Assembly (NCBI GenBank): GCA_902797655.1
Contig: CADBTV010000065.1
Coordinates: forward strand, 1-58,397
Source: an uncultured Ruminococcus sp.
GTDB lineage: Bacteria; Bacillota; Clostridia; Oscillospirales; Acutalibacteraceae
Direction: 5' to 3'
DNA length: 58,397 bases
Positions 29,511-39,179 of the stretch are shown here, piece after piece. How positions within the stretch are numbered: position 1 is the first letter of the stretch; every line of letters begins with the position of its first letter. Under the pieces are notes generated by a model, which did not search any database, was not told the origin of the DNA, and worked only from the letters and a program-made list of their open reading frames with translations. Both the position numbers and the translations under genes were made by a program.

Positions 29511-30936
29511 TTAGAATCTCTCCTTTTAAAATCCAGTTACCGGCGCTTGTCACCTTAACATCTCTGAATGTTCCGATAAGCTCCGGACTGCCCTTTACTT
29601 CAACAATAATATTGCCGGAGGTTCGGGCGTTTATGATATTATCTTTTCCCTTTTCACTTTCGAGCAGGACTCTTTGGGTAGTGCCTACCATAGAAGCACA
29701 GCGCTTTGACGCGATTTCCTCCTGAACGTCGAGAAGCTCTCTGAACCACTTTGACTTCTCGCTTGCAGGAATCGGGTCGTCCATCTCCGCCGCCGGAGTA
29801 CCTACCCTCGGCGAGTAAATGAAAGTAAACAGAGAGGTGTACTCCACTTCCCTGATAAGAGAAATAGTTTGCTTAAAGTCCTCGTACGTTTCGCCCGGGA
29901 ACCCAACGATAACATCGCTCGTAAGGCTTACGTCAGGGATTTTTTCCTTTGCGTAGTTGACGATGTCGAGATACTTTTTCCGGTCGTAATGACGGTTCAT
30001 AAGCTTCAGAATTCTGTCCGAGCCGCTTTGGAACGGCAGGTGCAGATGCTTGCTGATGTGCTTTGACCGGGCGATTGTATCAATAAGCTCGCGCGTGCAA
30101 TCCTTTGGATGCGAGGTCATAAAACGCAACCAGTAGTCGCCCTCAAAGCCGTCTATTTCTCTGATAAGCTCGGCAAAGCTTACGCTGTTTTTGAGGTTCT
30201 TTCCGTAAGAATTAACGTTTTGACCGAGCAGCGTTATGTCCTTATAGCCCGAGTTAATCATCTCTTTGGCTTCGGAAATTATAATCTCCTTTTCCCTGCT
30301 TCTCTCACGACCGCGAACGTAAGGGACTATACAGTAAGTACAAAAGTTATTGCAGCCGTACATAATCGGCAGCCAACCCTTTATATTGCCGTCACGCCTA
30401 ACAGGAATACCCTCGTGAACGAGGCTGTCGTCATTATCGCGGAGATAGACGCGCTTGCCGGAGGTCAAGGAACGGTACAAAAGCTCGGGAAACTGATGAA
30501 GCGCGTGCGTTCCGAATACAAGTCCGACGTACGGAAAGCTCTTGTACATCCTGTCGGCGATGTGCTTCTGTTCCATCATACATCCGCATAGAGCAATCAG
30601 CGTATCCGGATATTTACGCTTTAAGTTTTTGAGAGCTCCGACGTTGCCGAACACCCTGTCCTCAGCGTGCTCGCGAACGGCGCAGGTATTGAACAATATC
30701 AGGTCGGCGTTATCGGGCTTATCCTCAAATTCAAAGCCGGCTTTGGCAAGCATTCCCTTGATTCTCTCACCGTCGGCTACGTTCTGCTGACATCCGTAAG
30801 TGTGGATATAAGCAATCGGAACGTCTCCGCGTTTGCGATTCTGCATAATTTCATAGATCAGATAAAGGTACTCGCCCTGCGAACTATCAAAATCATTTAA
30901 AGTTGTATATTTTTCTGTCAAGACAAATTGCCCCAA
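29503..30936 (-). CDS. miaB: tRNA-2-methylthio-N6-dimethylallyladenosine synthase
   Basis: TYGCQQN, NTCAVRE.AE, GCM, radical SAM CNNFCTYC, GQNVNSYG, SHP, C-terminal TRAM domain; start uncertain (30936 or 30921). Confidence 0.96.
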   Translation of the reverse strand: MGQFVLTEKYTTLNDFDSSQGEYLYLIYEIMQNRKRGDVPIAYIHTYGCQQNVADGERIKGMLAKAGFEFEDKPDNADLILFNTCAVREHAEDRVFGNVGALKNLKRKYPDTLIALCGCMMEQKHIADRMYKSFPYVGLVFGTHALHQFPELLYRSLTSGKRVYLRDNDDSLVHEGIPVRRDGNIKGWLPIMYGCNNFCTYCIVPYVRGRERSREKEIIISEAKEMINSGYKDITLLGQNVNSYGKNLKNSVSFAELIREIDGFEGDYWLRFMTSHPKDCTRELIDTIARSKHISKHLHLPFQSGSDRILKLMNRHYDRKKYLDIVNYAKEKIPDVSLTSDVIVGFPGETYEDFKQTISLIREVEYTSLFTFIYSPRVGTPAAEMDDPIPASEKSKWFRELLDVQEEIASKRCASMVGTTQRVLLESEKGKDNIINARTSGNIIVEVKGSPELIGTFRDVKVTSAGNWILKGEILNG

Positions 30937-30963
30937 TCTAACATTAATAATACTATCCTAAAT

Positions 30964-31006
30964 ACTATAGCACAAAATCCATTTTATTACAATAGATTTT
31001 GTGCTA
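30964..31006 (-). promoter_or_regulatory. Sigma-A promoter of miaB overlapped by a 12-bp inverted repeat
   Basis: TTGTAA(30987-92)-N17-TATAGT(30964-69) with TG; IR TAGCACAAAATC-N15-GATTTTGTGCTA (30968-31006). Confidence 0.6.
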
Positions 31007-31035
31007 AAAAATCAATATTTTGTGTTTTGTAACTT

Positions 31036-31677
31036 TTAGTGTACTATATCTGCGAAGGTTGACGGAACAGAGCCGACAATTACGCTTTGAGCTACCTCAA
31101 AATCAGTTTTATAACTTGTCTGTTCACGATACTCGGGACTGATTGTTATGACCTCGGTAGTGATTTCGAGAATGATATGATGTACTGTCTGGTTAACTCC
31201 TCCGCTTTCAAAGGTGCTTTTCAGCTTACAGTTAACTGAGCCGGTCAGTATGAAGCTGACTTCAACAGCCGGTCCGAGTGTTGACAGCAGAGTGAGCTCT
31301 GTAAACGAGCCAAGCGGCAGAGAAAAACTGTAGGACTTCTGCAAGTCGAGCTCCTTTTGAATCGCAAGGGTTATCCTTGATTTTAGCAGATTTACATTCT
31401 TGGAATTGGCAGAAATTGATTGCACCGCGCCGCTGTCCGAATACTTTATACTCGCAAGTTCGCTGTATTCAAATGGGTATTTAGCGTTAACTTTTTCTAC
31501 GCAGTTGTTTATAATCCGGGCAGAAACAGATTTCGACTGTTTCTTGACGCATTTTGCGGTAAAAGGCACAGCCTGCGCTTCAAAAAATATTACCAGCACG
31601 ACGAATATTAAGAATATAAATAATACTACTCTGCGCAGCCTTTTGCGCAGTTTTGACCTTTTTCTTCTGCAAAGCAT
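31036..31677 (-). CDS. yunB: Sporulation protein YunB
   Basis: Basic N-terminus plus TM, LPLGS, GP, FESGGVNQTVH.I, SVIVGSVP; GAGGGG SD before ATG 31677. Confidence 0.88.
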   Translation of the reverse strand: MLCRRKRSKLRKRLRRVVLFIFLIFVVLVIFFEAQAVPFTAKCVKKQSKSVSARIINNCVEKVNAKYPFEYSELASIKYSDSGAVQSISANSKNVNLLKSRITLAIQKELDLQKSYSFSLPLGSFTELTLLSTLGPAVEVSFILTGSVNCKLKSTFESGGVNQTVHHIILEITTEVITISPEYREQTSYKTDFEVAQSVIVGSVPSTFADIVH

Positions 31678-31712
31678 AAAAGCACCCCTCGTCATACTAT
31701 AACGAAGGGTGC
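31678..31712 (-). terminator. Intrinsic terminator after the efp-Zn-ribbon genes
   Basis: (-) GCACCCTTCGT-tatagtatg-ACGAGGGGTGC-TTTT; the 3' arm contains the yunB SD. Confidence 0.7.
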
Positions 31713-31726
31713 ATAATTGTTACAGA

Positions 31727-32158
31727 TTAAAACTCAATTTCCTTTGGATTGCAAGCCTCGCAGTCCGGAGAACCGCAGTCGCAAATCTCGTCGGCAAAAA
31801 GTCCGGTAAAATCGAACTCAAGCTCGTTGCCGCAATTAGGACAATTGATTTCTCCTTCAAGGAGAGTATCCTCATCAACCACAATCTCTGCGCCGCAGTC
31901 AGGGCACTTAACCTCGTAGTCGGGATTTTCCTCATCGTCAAATTCGATGTCGTCATCCTCGCCGTAGTCGTCGTACTCGTCCTCGAACATTGCGTCCTCG
32001 AGCATACTGATGTGGTCGTATAAGCCGCCGATTTCAGCGGACATATCAAAGATAAGGTCGAGCATACCGTCGATAAGCTTACCCTCGGGCTTGGTTTTGT
32101 CTAAATCCAAACCCTCTGCCAAGCCCTTGAGGTATGCGGCTCTTTCGTTAGTCAGCAT
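31727..32158 (-). CDS. Conserved clostridial acidic zinc-ribbon protein (CD1247-like) next to efp
   Basis: AYLKGLAEGL N-terminus, D/E-rich linker, CPDC...CPNC, extra CDC...CEAC tail; GAGG SD. Confidence 0.8.
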   Translation of the reverse strand: MLTNERAAYLKGLAEGLDLDKTKPEGKLIDGMLDLIFDMSAEIGGLYDHISMLEDAMFEDEYDDYGEDDDIEFDDEENPDYEVKCPDCGAEIVVDEDTLLEGEINCPNCGNELEFDFTGLFADEICDCGSPDCEACNPKEIEF

Positions 32159-32172
32159 ATGTAACCTCTCAA

Positions 32173-32730
32173 TTAAGCTCTGCCGAGATACTCGCCTGTA
32201 CGTGTATCAATCTGGATAACCTCTCCCTCGTTGATAAAGAGAGGAACCTTTACCTCGGCGCCTGTCTCAACAGTAGCCGGCTTAGTAGCGTTGGTAGCTG
32301 TATTACCTGCAAATCCGGGGTCGGTCTTTGTAACCTCGAGCTCTACGAAGTTAGGCGGCTCAACGCCGAATACATTGCCCTTGTAGGAAAGAATCTTACA
32401 AATCATATTCTCCTTAACGAACTTGAAGTTGTCGCCGAGAACAGAAGCGTTAATCGGAAGCTGCTCCCAGGTTTCTGTGTCCATAAAGTAGTAGAGCTCA
32501 CCGTCGTTGTAGCTGTACTCCATATCCTTACGATCTACAAAAGCCTTAGGATACTTATCGTTAGGGTTAAAGGTCTTTTCAACAACGGAGCCTGTAATAA
32601 CGTTTCTGATTTTTGTTCTTACAAACGCCGCGCCCTTACCCGGTTTTACGTGCTGAAATTCAATGATGGAAACAACCTGACCATCCATTTCGAATGTTAC
32701 GCCGTTTCTAAAATCACCTGCTGAAATCAT
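32173..32730 (-). CDS. efp: Elongation factor P
   Basis: [12 protein letters not shown] loop, [19 protein letters not shown]. Confidence 0.98.
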   Translation of the reverse strand: MISAGDFRNGVTFEMDGQVVSIIEFQHVKPGKGAAFVRTKIRNVITGSVVEKTFNPNDKYPKAFVDRKDMEYSYNDGELYYFMDTETWEQLPINASVLGDNFKFVKENMICKILSYKGNVFGVEPPNFVELEVTKTDPGFAGNTATNATKPATVETGAEVKVPLFINEGEVIQIDTRTGEYLGRA

Positions 32731-32783
32731 AAATTAACCTCCTATAATTACACAAAAAGTCATTTGCGTTCATTAATAAATTA

Positions 32784-32812
32784 ATTATACATAATTTGGC
32801 TAAAAATTGCAA
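32784..32812 (-). promoter_or_regulatory. Sigma-A promoter of efp
   Basis: TTGCAA-N17-TATAAT. Confidence 0.75.
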
Positions 32813-32815
32813 CCC

Positions 32816-33901
32816 TTATACGACAATTAGTTCTTTTGATAATGTCGCAAAGTTTTTATAGCCTTCATTTGTAACCAAAACCATATCCTCAATTCTGACT
32901 CCGAACTCGCCTTCAAGGTAGATTCCGGGCTCTACGGTGATAACCATATTTTCGGATAGAAGCTTGTCGCCTTTAGTGTTGACGTAGGGGTGCTCGTGAA
33001 TATTGAGCCCGACTCCGTGGCCGGTTGAATGTCCGAAGTTCTTGCCGTAGCCGGCATCAGTAATAATATCCCTCGCGGTTTTGTCAACATCAAACGCCTT
33101 TACGCCGGCTTTTACGCTGTTCAAGGCGGTGAGCTGCGCGTTGAGCACAATATTGTAGATTTGCTCTTGCTTTTCGCTGTAGCTTTTAACGGCTACGGTT
33201 CGGGTCATATCGCTGTGATAGCCTTTGTAAAGCGAGCCAATATCCATAGTAAAGAAATCACCCTCGGCAATAACTCCGTCGGAAGGAACGCCGTGCGGCA
33301 GGGATGTCTTTGCTCCGGTAATTGTAATCAAGTCGAACGACACGCCCTGAGCTCCGAACTTTTTCATCAGGTATTCGAGCTCAATGGCAATTTTCCTCTC
33401 GCACACTCCGGGCTTAATATAGTTTAGAACCTCGTTGTATGCTTTCTCGGTTATTCTTTGAGCCTCGGCAATACAAGCTATCTCATCCTCGCTTTTAACA
33501 ATTCTGAGATTTGAAATCTTTCTGCTGAGGGTTTCGTCTGATACTATCGAAACACCGACAGAGTTAAACTCCCTGACCATTCTTGTATAAGCGCTCAGGC
33601 AAATTGCGTCTGCTTCAATCAGGACAGTATCTATACCGTGCTTTTTAAAAATGCTTTTTATATCCTCGTACAAAGACTTAAACTCAATCACCTTGCAAGC
33701 ATTGCAGTTCTTGCGGGCAGTTTCGCTGTATCTGAAGTCAACAAGCAGATACGCTTCGTCCCGAGTTACTAGCATACGACCCTCGCTGTTTTGCACTCCC
33801 GAAAAATAATAAACATTATTTTCATCGGAGATAACAGCTGCCTGAGAATTGCTTTCGAGAACACCTCTGAGTTTGTTTATTCTGTCTGTCTGAACTGACA
33901 A
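32816..33901 (-). CDS. Xaa-Pro aminopeptidase (M24 family)
   Basis: DFRY, PHG, MDIG...Y.SDMTRT, HSTGHGVG..IHE, TVEPGIY, GVRIED; aroQ-peptidase-efp synteny. Confidence 0.93.
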   Translation of the reverse strand: MSVQTDRINKLRGVLESNSQAAVISDENNVYYFSGVQNSEGRMLVTRDEAYLLVDFRYSETARKNCNACKVIEFKSLYEDIKSIFKKHGIDTVLIEADAICLSAYTRMVREFNSVGVSIVSDETLSRKISNLRIVKSEDEIACIAEAQRITEKAYNEVLNYIKPGVCERKIAIELEYLMKKFGAQGVSFDLITITGAKTSLPHGVPSDGVIAEGDFFTMDIGSLYKGYHSDMTRTVAVKSYSEKQEQIYNIVLNAQLTALNSVKAGVKAFDVDKTARDIITDAGYGKNFGHSTGHGVGLNIHEHPYVNTKGDKLLSENMVITVEPGIYLEGEFGVRIEDMVLVTNEGYKNFATLSKELIVV

Positions 33902-34333
33902 TTAAATCATATCCTTTAACGCGACAATCGCGAGTTTATAGCTGAGCTTACCAAAGCCTGCAATCTGACCTGCGCACACAGGAGCGATTACTGACTTATG
34001 TCTGAACTCCTCCCTGGAGTGGATGTTGGACATATGCACCTCGATAAACGGAATGTCAATGCAGGCAATCGCGTCACGCAGAGCGTAGCTGTAGTGAGTA
34101 AGCGCTCCGGCGTTGATAACAACAGCGTCGAATTTATCCTTTGCGCTGTGAATCTTATCTATCAGGCTGCCCTCGTGATTTGACTGGAAAATCTCCGCGG
34201 TAAATCCGTTTTCCTTTGCGTAAGCTTTAATATCTTCATTGATAGTATCTGCGGTTTCGGTGCCGTAGATACCCTTTTCTCTAACTCCTACCATATTAAG
34301 GTTAGGTCCGAGCATAACTAAAATATTTTTCAT
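33902..34333 (-). CDS. aroQ: Type II 3-dehydroquinate dehydratase
   Basis: GPNLN..G.RE..IYG, QSNHEG, NAGALTHYS, EVHMSNIHSREEFRH.S. Confidence 0.96.
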   Translation of the reverse strand: MKNILVMLGPNLNMVGVREKGIYGTETADTINEDIKAYAKENGFTAEIFQSNHEGSLIDKIHSAKDKFDAVVINAGALTHYSYALRDAIACIDIPFIEVHMSNIHSREEFRHKSVIAPVCAGQIAGFGKLSYKLAIVALKDMI

Positions 34334-34360
34334 ATAATCACCTCTGCGGTAACAAAGTAT

Positions 34361-34385
34361 AAAAGCGGACAGAAACTGTCCGCTT
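34361..34385 (-). terminator. Intrinsic terminator after rpsU
   Basis: (-) AAGCGGACAG-TTT-CTGTCCGCTT-TTATACTTT. Confidence 0.8.
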
Positions 34386-34389
34386 AAAC

Positions 34390-34566
34390 TTACCTATATT
34401 TGCGTTTGCGTGCTGCTTCGGATTTTTTCTTACGCTTTACAGATGGCTTCTCGTAAGCCTCTCTCTTGCGAACCTCCGCAATTACGCCAGCTCTGGCACA
34501 CTGTTTTTTGAATCTTCTTAAAGCACTTTCAAGAGACTCATTTTCTTTCAGTCTTACTTCTGACAT
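34390..34566 (-). CDS. rpsU: 30S ribosomal protein S21
   Basis: [36 protein letters not shown]; GGAGG SD before ATG 34566. Confidence 0.97.
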   Translation of the reverse strand: MSEVRLKENESLESALRRFKKQCARAGVIAEVRKREAYEKPSVKRKKKSEAARKRKYR

Positions 34567-34616
34567 TTCTATTTCCCTCCCATCTGACATGGGTAATTTG
34601 CAATACTGCACTGAGT

Positions 34617-34645
34617 ATTATACAATAAACGACTAATAATGTCAA
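34617..34645 (-). promoter_or_regulatory. Sigma-A promoter of rpsU
   Basis: Perfect TTGACA-N17-TATAAT. Confidence 0.85.
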
Positions 34646-34696
34646 TAGAAATGAATAAATTTAGTGCATTTTTATTTAAAAACTTAAATTTTGGGA

Positions 34697-35794
34697 TTAT
34701 TCTGCTTTGTCCGCTAGCAATAATCGGGGTAATTTTTGGAATCCTGACGAGATTAGGTCAAATAATTTGTCATATCTTATGAGCTTCTTCACGAAGAAGA
34801 TAGCCATAGTAATAACCAGACTCTCTCCTATCAGGATAAGATAAACCAAAACCGGGTTTGGACTTATGTAAACAAACGCCGGCACCATGCTATAAAGCAT
34901 TGAGTGGATTATAAACATTCCTCCGGAATACTTTCCGAGAAATTCCAGCGGAGCGCAAAGAAACTTCAGGTTAAAATACACACCAAAGCTAATGCAGATA
35001 GACGAAGCCGCAACAGCGCTGCATAATCCGCGCAGATGTAATGTGTCGTCAGGAATTATCATTTCCCTTAGATACATCGCTCCTGCCGCAATAGCCAGGA
35101 ACAAAAAGAACATCAGGCACTTAAACGCAACGCCCCTGCTTTTAGCGGCAAGGCGGTTCATAACGTCCTTTTGAGCAAATAAGATACCAAGAATAATAAC
35201 AATCAGGTACTCAAGATAAGGTCCTCCGTTGACGGTTGAAATACCGTCGTTCAAAAAGAACATAAAGAAGAATGAAAATAGTATCGTAAGATACCCGAAC
35301 TTTTCGCAGAATTTGTAAAGCACAGGTAACGCGAATACCACGAGCTGAGCGAAGAACATATACCAGAACACGCCCAAAAGCTTTGGGGTTCCGAAGAAAT
35401 CCGCAACCGCAAAGAAGTCAAATACCGCGAACAGAAAGTTGCCCGAGTATTTAGCGACAATGCTATGCCCTGAGAACACAAACACTCCGACAGCTATGAT
35501 GAAAATAAACCAAAAAGGCTTCATCAGGTTGAGCCATTGAGTTGGTACGAACGAATGTCTTTTCTCTTTCGGTGTACGCTTATACTTAAACGCAAGTCCA
35601 TATGCCAAAAGAAACGCGAATATCCAGACGCAAACTCTCAGCGAAGTAGCGAATATGTTTATTGTATCAATGTTCATTGAACCGAAATCAACGTTATTGT
35701 TCAGTATCATCGTCGGAGTTCTGAACAGATGATGAAACAATAAGAATAATATACCGATTCCCTTACAGACATTCGTCTTGTTCTTGGTAAACAT
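34697..35794 (-). CDS. Acyltransferase family 3 (OafA-like) integral membrane protein
   Basis: KGIGILFLLFHH, V.IF....YG, WYM, LGKYS..MFIIH; about 10 hydrophobic segments. Confidence 0.82.
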   Translation of the reverse strand: MFTKNKTNVCKGIGILFLLFHHLFRTPTMILNNNVDFGSMNIDTINIFATSLRVCVWIFAFLLAYGLAFKYKRTPKEKRHSFVPTQWLNLMKPFWFIFIIAVGVFVFSGHSIVAKYSGNFLFAVFDFFAVADFFGTPKLLGVFWYMFFAQLVVFALPVLYKFCEKFGYLTILFSFFFMFFLNDGISTVNGGPYLEYLIVIILGILFAQKDVMNRLAAKSRGVAFKCLMFFLFLAIAAGAMYLREMIIPDDTLHLRGLCSAVAASSICISFGVYFNLKFLCAPLEFLGKYSGGMFIIHSMLYSMVPAFVYISPNPVLVYLILIGESLVITMAIFFVKKLIRYDKLFDLISSGFQKLPRLLLADKAE

Positions 35795-35815
35795 TGTTAT
35801 CCCCCTATAATCCGC

Positions 35816-38227
35816 TTACTTTACTACGATGTTCACGATTCTGCCTTTGACGTATATTTCCTTAACAATATTCTTGCCGTCAACTGCCTGAGCAACGCTT
35901 TTGTCAGCCTTTGCCTGAGCGAGAACGTCAGCCTGCTCGGCGTCGGGAGCAATGTTAATCTTAGCTTTGATTCTGCCGTTGACCTGAACCGCGATTTCAA
36001 TTGTCTCGTCAACACATTTGCTCTCGTCGTATTCAGGCCAGCTCTGCTCAGCTACGATTCCGTCACCGAGTGAGCATACATCCCAAATCTCCTCTGTAAC
36101 GTGAGGAGCGAACGGATTAAGCAAAATCGCAAAGATTCCGAGCTCTTTCTTATTGATTGAACCGAACGAAGTGACGTCATTGATGAGCGACATCAACGCG
36201 GCAATCGCCGTATTGAACTTGATGTTCTCTATATCATCTCCGACCTTTTTGATAGCCTTGTGGAACGCGCTTTCGAGCTCGGGGCGAATTGAATCGCCTT
36301 CAACGAGGATATTCTGCAAATTCCAGAATCTCTCGATGAATCTGCGACAACCGCGAATACTGGACGGACTCCACGGAGCTGCTTTCTCAAAATCGCCGAT
36401 AAACATCTCGTAAAGACGCATTGTGTCCGCGCCGTATTCATTGACAATATCATCGGGGTTTACTACGTTTCCTCTGGATTTGGACATCTTCTCGCCGTTT
36501 TCGCCGAGAATCATACCGTGGCTTGTACGCTTTGCGTACGGCTCCGGAGTCGGAACAACGCCGATGTCGTAGAGGAACTTATGCCAAAAACGGCTGTAAA
36601 GAAGATGAAGCGTAGTATGCTCCATACCTCCGTTATACCAATCAACAGGAGACCAATACTCCAGAGCCTCTTTTGACGCGAGCGCCTCCTTGTTGTGAGG
36701 ATCCATATATCTGAGGAAGTACCACGATGAGCCTGCCCACTGAGGCATAGTGTCAGTCTCACGGATTGCCTTTGAGCCGCAGTGCGGACAGGTTGTGGTA
36801 ATCCAGTCTGTCATATTAGCAAGCGGAGATTCACCGTTGTCTGTAGGCTCGTAGGAGTCTACCATCGGGAGCTTGAGCGGAAGTTCGCTCTCGTCAATAG
36901 GAACATATCCGCACTTCTCGCAGTGAACAATCGGTATAGGCTCTCCCCAATATCTCTGACGAGAGAACACCCAGTCGCGAAGCTTGTAGTTAACTTTTGC
37001 TCTGCCTATGTTCTTTTCCTCTAACCAGGAAATCATCTTAGCCTTTGCTTCCTCGACCGAAAGTCCGTTAAGGAATCCGGAGTTTGTGAGTATTCCGGTT
37101 GCGCAATCTGTGAAGGCTTCGGCCTGAACGTCCTCTCCGCCCTTAACAACTTCGATGATAGGAAGGTCGAACTTTTTGGCAAATTCCCAGTCACGGGTAT
37201 CGTGAGCAGGTACAGCCATAATCGCGCCTGTGCCGTAGGACACAAGAACATAGTCGGACACAAAAATCGGAATCTGTTTATTGTTTACAGGATTTACTGC
37301 TTCAACGCCTTTGAGACGGATTCCGGTTTTATCCTTGGCAACCTCTGTGCGCTCAAAGTCAGACTTTTTTGAAGCCTGAAGCTGGTACTCCCTGATTTCG
37401 TCAATGTTTTCGAGCTTGTCAGCCCATTTTTCAATTAACGGATGCTCCGGAGAGATTACCATATATGTAGCTCCAAAGAGCGTATCGCAGCGGGTTGTAT
37501 AAACGGTGAGCTTGTCGCCGGTTGTAGCTATAAAGTCAACCTCAGCTCCGGTTGAGCGTCCGATCCAGTTTTTCTGCTGAGCCTTGACTCTTGCCGGATA
37601 ATCGACGAGATCAAGATCATTGATAAGTCGGTCGGCATATTCGGTGATTTTGAGCATCCACTGTGACTTAACCTTGTGGATAACCTCGCTTCCGCAACGC
37701 TCGCAAACGCCGTTCACAACCTCCTCATTAGCAAGCACGCACTTACAGGAGGTGCACCAGTTAACGTTCATTTCCTTCTTATATGCCAATCCCTTTTTAA
37801 ATAGCTGGAGAAAAATCCACTGAGTCCACTTGTAATACTCGGGGTCGGTTGTGTTAACCTCGCGGCTCCAGTCAAAGGAAATACCGAGCGACTGGATTTG
37901 CTTTTTAAAGCGAGCGATATTCTGCTTTGTAACAATCTCGGGGTGAATGTGGTTTTTGATAGCATAGTTCTCTGTCGGCAGACCGAAAGCGTCCCATCCG
38001 ATTGGATAGAGAACGTTGTAACCCTGGAGTCGTCTTTTACGAGCGACGGTATCAAGCGCGGTGTACGGACGCGGATGACCGACGTGGAGTCCCTGACCCG
38101 ACGGATACGGGAACTCAATCAGCGCGTAGAATTTTTCCTTGGAGGTGTCGTCGCTTGCGTGGAATACTCCCTTCTCCTCCCAGATGTTCTGCCATTTTTC
38201 TTCAACTTGTTTGTGATTATACTTCAA
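35816..38227 (-). CDS. leuS: Leucine--tRNA ligase
   Basis: [45 protein letters not shown]; TTG start behind GGAGG. Confidence 0.98.
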   Translation of the reverse strand: MKYNHKQVEEKWQNIWEEKGVFHASDDTSKEKFYALIEFPYPSGQGLHVGHPRPYTALDTVARKRRLQGYNVLYPIGWDAFGLPTENYAIKNHIHPEIVTKQNIARFKKQIQSLGISFDWSREVNTTDPEYYKWTQWIFLQLFKKGLAYKKEMNVNWCTSCKCVLANEEVVNGVCERCGSEVIHKVKSQWMLKITEYADRLINDLDLVDYPARVKAQQKNWIGRSTGAEVDFIATTGDKLTVYTTRCDTLFGATYMVISPEHPLIEKWADKLENIDEIREYQLQASKKSDFERTEVAKDKTGIRLKGVEAVNPVNNKQIPIFVSDYVLVSYGTGAIMAVPAHDTRDWEFAKKFDLPIIEVVKGGEDVQAEAFTDCATGILTNSGFLNGLSVEEAKAKMISWLEEKNIGRAKVNYKLRDWVFSRQRYWGEPIPIVHCEKCGYVPIDESELPLKLPMVDSYEPTDNGESPLANMTDWITTTCPHCGSKAIRETDTMPQWAGSSWYFLRYMDPHNKEALASKEALEYWSPVDWYNGGMEHTTLHLLYSRFWHKFLYDIGVVPTPEPYAKRTSHGMILGENGEKMSKSRGNVVNPDDIVNEYGADTMRLYEMFIGDFEKAAPWSPSSIRGCRRFIERFWNLQNILVEGDSIRPELESAFHKAIKKVGDDIENIKFNTAIAALMSLINDVTSFGSINKKELGIFAILLNPFAPHVTEEIWDVCSLGDGIVAEQSWPEYDESKCVDETIEIAVQVNGRIKAKINIAPDAEQADVLAQAKADKSVAQAVDGKNIVKEIYVKGRIVNIVVK

Positions 38228-38241
38228 AACTAACCCTCCGA

Positions 38242-38595
38242 TTAATTAATAATTTCAGTAATATCAATCTCTTTGCCGTCCTGCCAGAGTCTGTCAAGAT
38301 TGTAAAACTCTCTTGCTTCCTCGTTGAACACATTGACAATTACGTCAACGTAATCGAGAAGAATCCAGCTATTGGAGCGATGTCCCTCGATATGAGAGGG
38401 CTCGACGCCCTTCTCGGACATCTTATACTCAACCTCGTCGGCAAGAGCCTTGACCTGAGTGCTGCTTCTGCCGGTTGCTATAACCATATAATCTGCGATT
38501 ACGGTAACGTCTGCGATTTCCAGAAGCTTTATATCCTGACCGAGCTTACTGCTCAGAATCCGTGTGATTTCGATTGCTTGTTCTTTTATAGTCAT
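38242..38595 (-). CDS. rsfS: Ribosome silencing factor
   Basis: [25 protein letters not shown]....R.FY.L.RLW. Confidence 0.95.
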   Translation of the reverse strand: MTIKEQAIEITRILSSKLGQDIKLLEIADVTVIADYMVIATGRSSTQVKALADEVEYKMSEKGVEPSHIEGHRSNSWILLDYVDVIVNVFNEEAREFYNLDRLWQDGKEIDITEIIN

Positions 38596-38596
38596 T

Positions 38597-39175
38597 TCAA
38601 GACCCTTTCTTTGAAAGATTAATTACAATTTCATTATAACACATAATAGCGTTGGGATGTATCGGAAGTTCACGGCTCGCAAGGTCGGAAATAGTAAACT
38701 TCAAACCAAAGAGCATTGCGTCCTCCAAATTATTGAACGCTTTTTCCCTCATAATATCTACGCCGTCGTAAGACCTTTCTTCGCTGATAAAATCAGCGGT
38801 AAATATTATCTTTTCAAGCAAAGACATTCCGCTTCGTCCTGTTGTGTGGTAACGGATGGAGTTTATAACGTCCTCATCCTCAATTCCAAGAGCTTCCCTG
38901 ACGTATACGCTGCCGGCGATTGCGTGCCAGAGCTTTGAGGAAGCTTTTTCGGTATCGTCAAGTATTATACCACCGCCGAGGATGATTTGCAACATTTCGT
39001 CCTTGTCAATCTCCTTGCAGGAATCGTGCAGTATTCCGGCGAGCTCCGCCTTTTCGGGGTCAGCTCCGTATTTTTCCGCAAGCTTTACCGCGGCTTTGGA
39101 CACGTTAACGCTGTGAATGTAACGTCTCTCGCCCATTCTGCTTTTTATCAGTGAGAGATATTTTTCTGTGTTCAT
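38597..39175 (-). CDS. yqeK: HD-domain Ap4A hydrolase YqeK
   Basis: RYIHS..V, AGILHD..K, H...G, IRYHTTG, ADFI...R. Confidence 0.92.
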   Translation of the reverse strand: MNTEKYLSLIKSRMGERRYIHSVNVSKAAVKLAEKYGADPEKAELAGILHDSCKEIDKDEMLQIILGGGIILDDTEKASSKLWHAIAGSVYVREALGIEDEDVINSIRYHTTGRSGMSLLEKIIFTADFISEERSYDGVDIMREKAFNNLEDAMLFGLKFTISDLASRELPIHPNAIMCYNEIVINLSKKGS

Positions 39176-39179
39176 AATA

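Noticed and set aside
30968-31006. CIRCE (HrcA operator)
   Set aside because: Arms are TAGCACAAAATC, not TTAGCACTC-N9-GAGTGCTAA, and no chaperone genes follow.
31720-32049. 109-aa Thr/Arg-rich minus-strand ORF
   Set aside because: Alternate frame of the Asp/Glu-rich zinc-ribbon gene.
38002-38622. 206-aa plus-strand ORF
   Set aside because: Antisense across leuS and rsfS; no family features.
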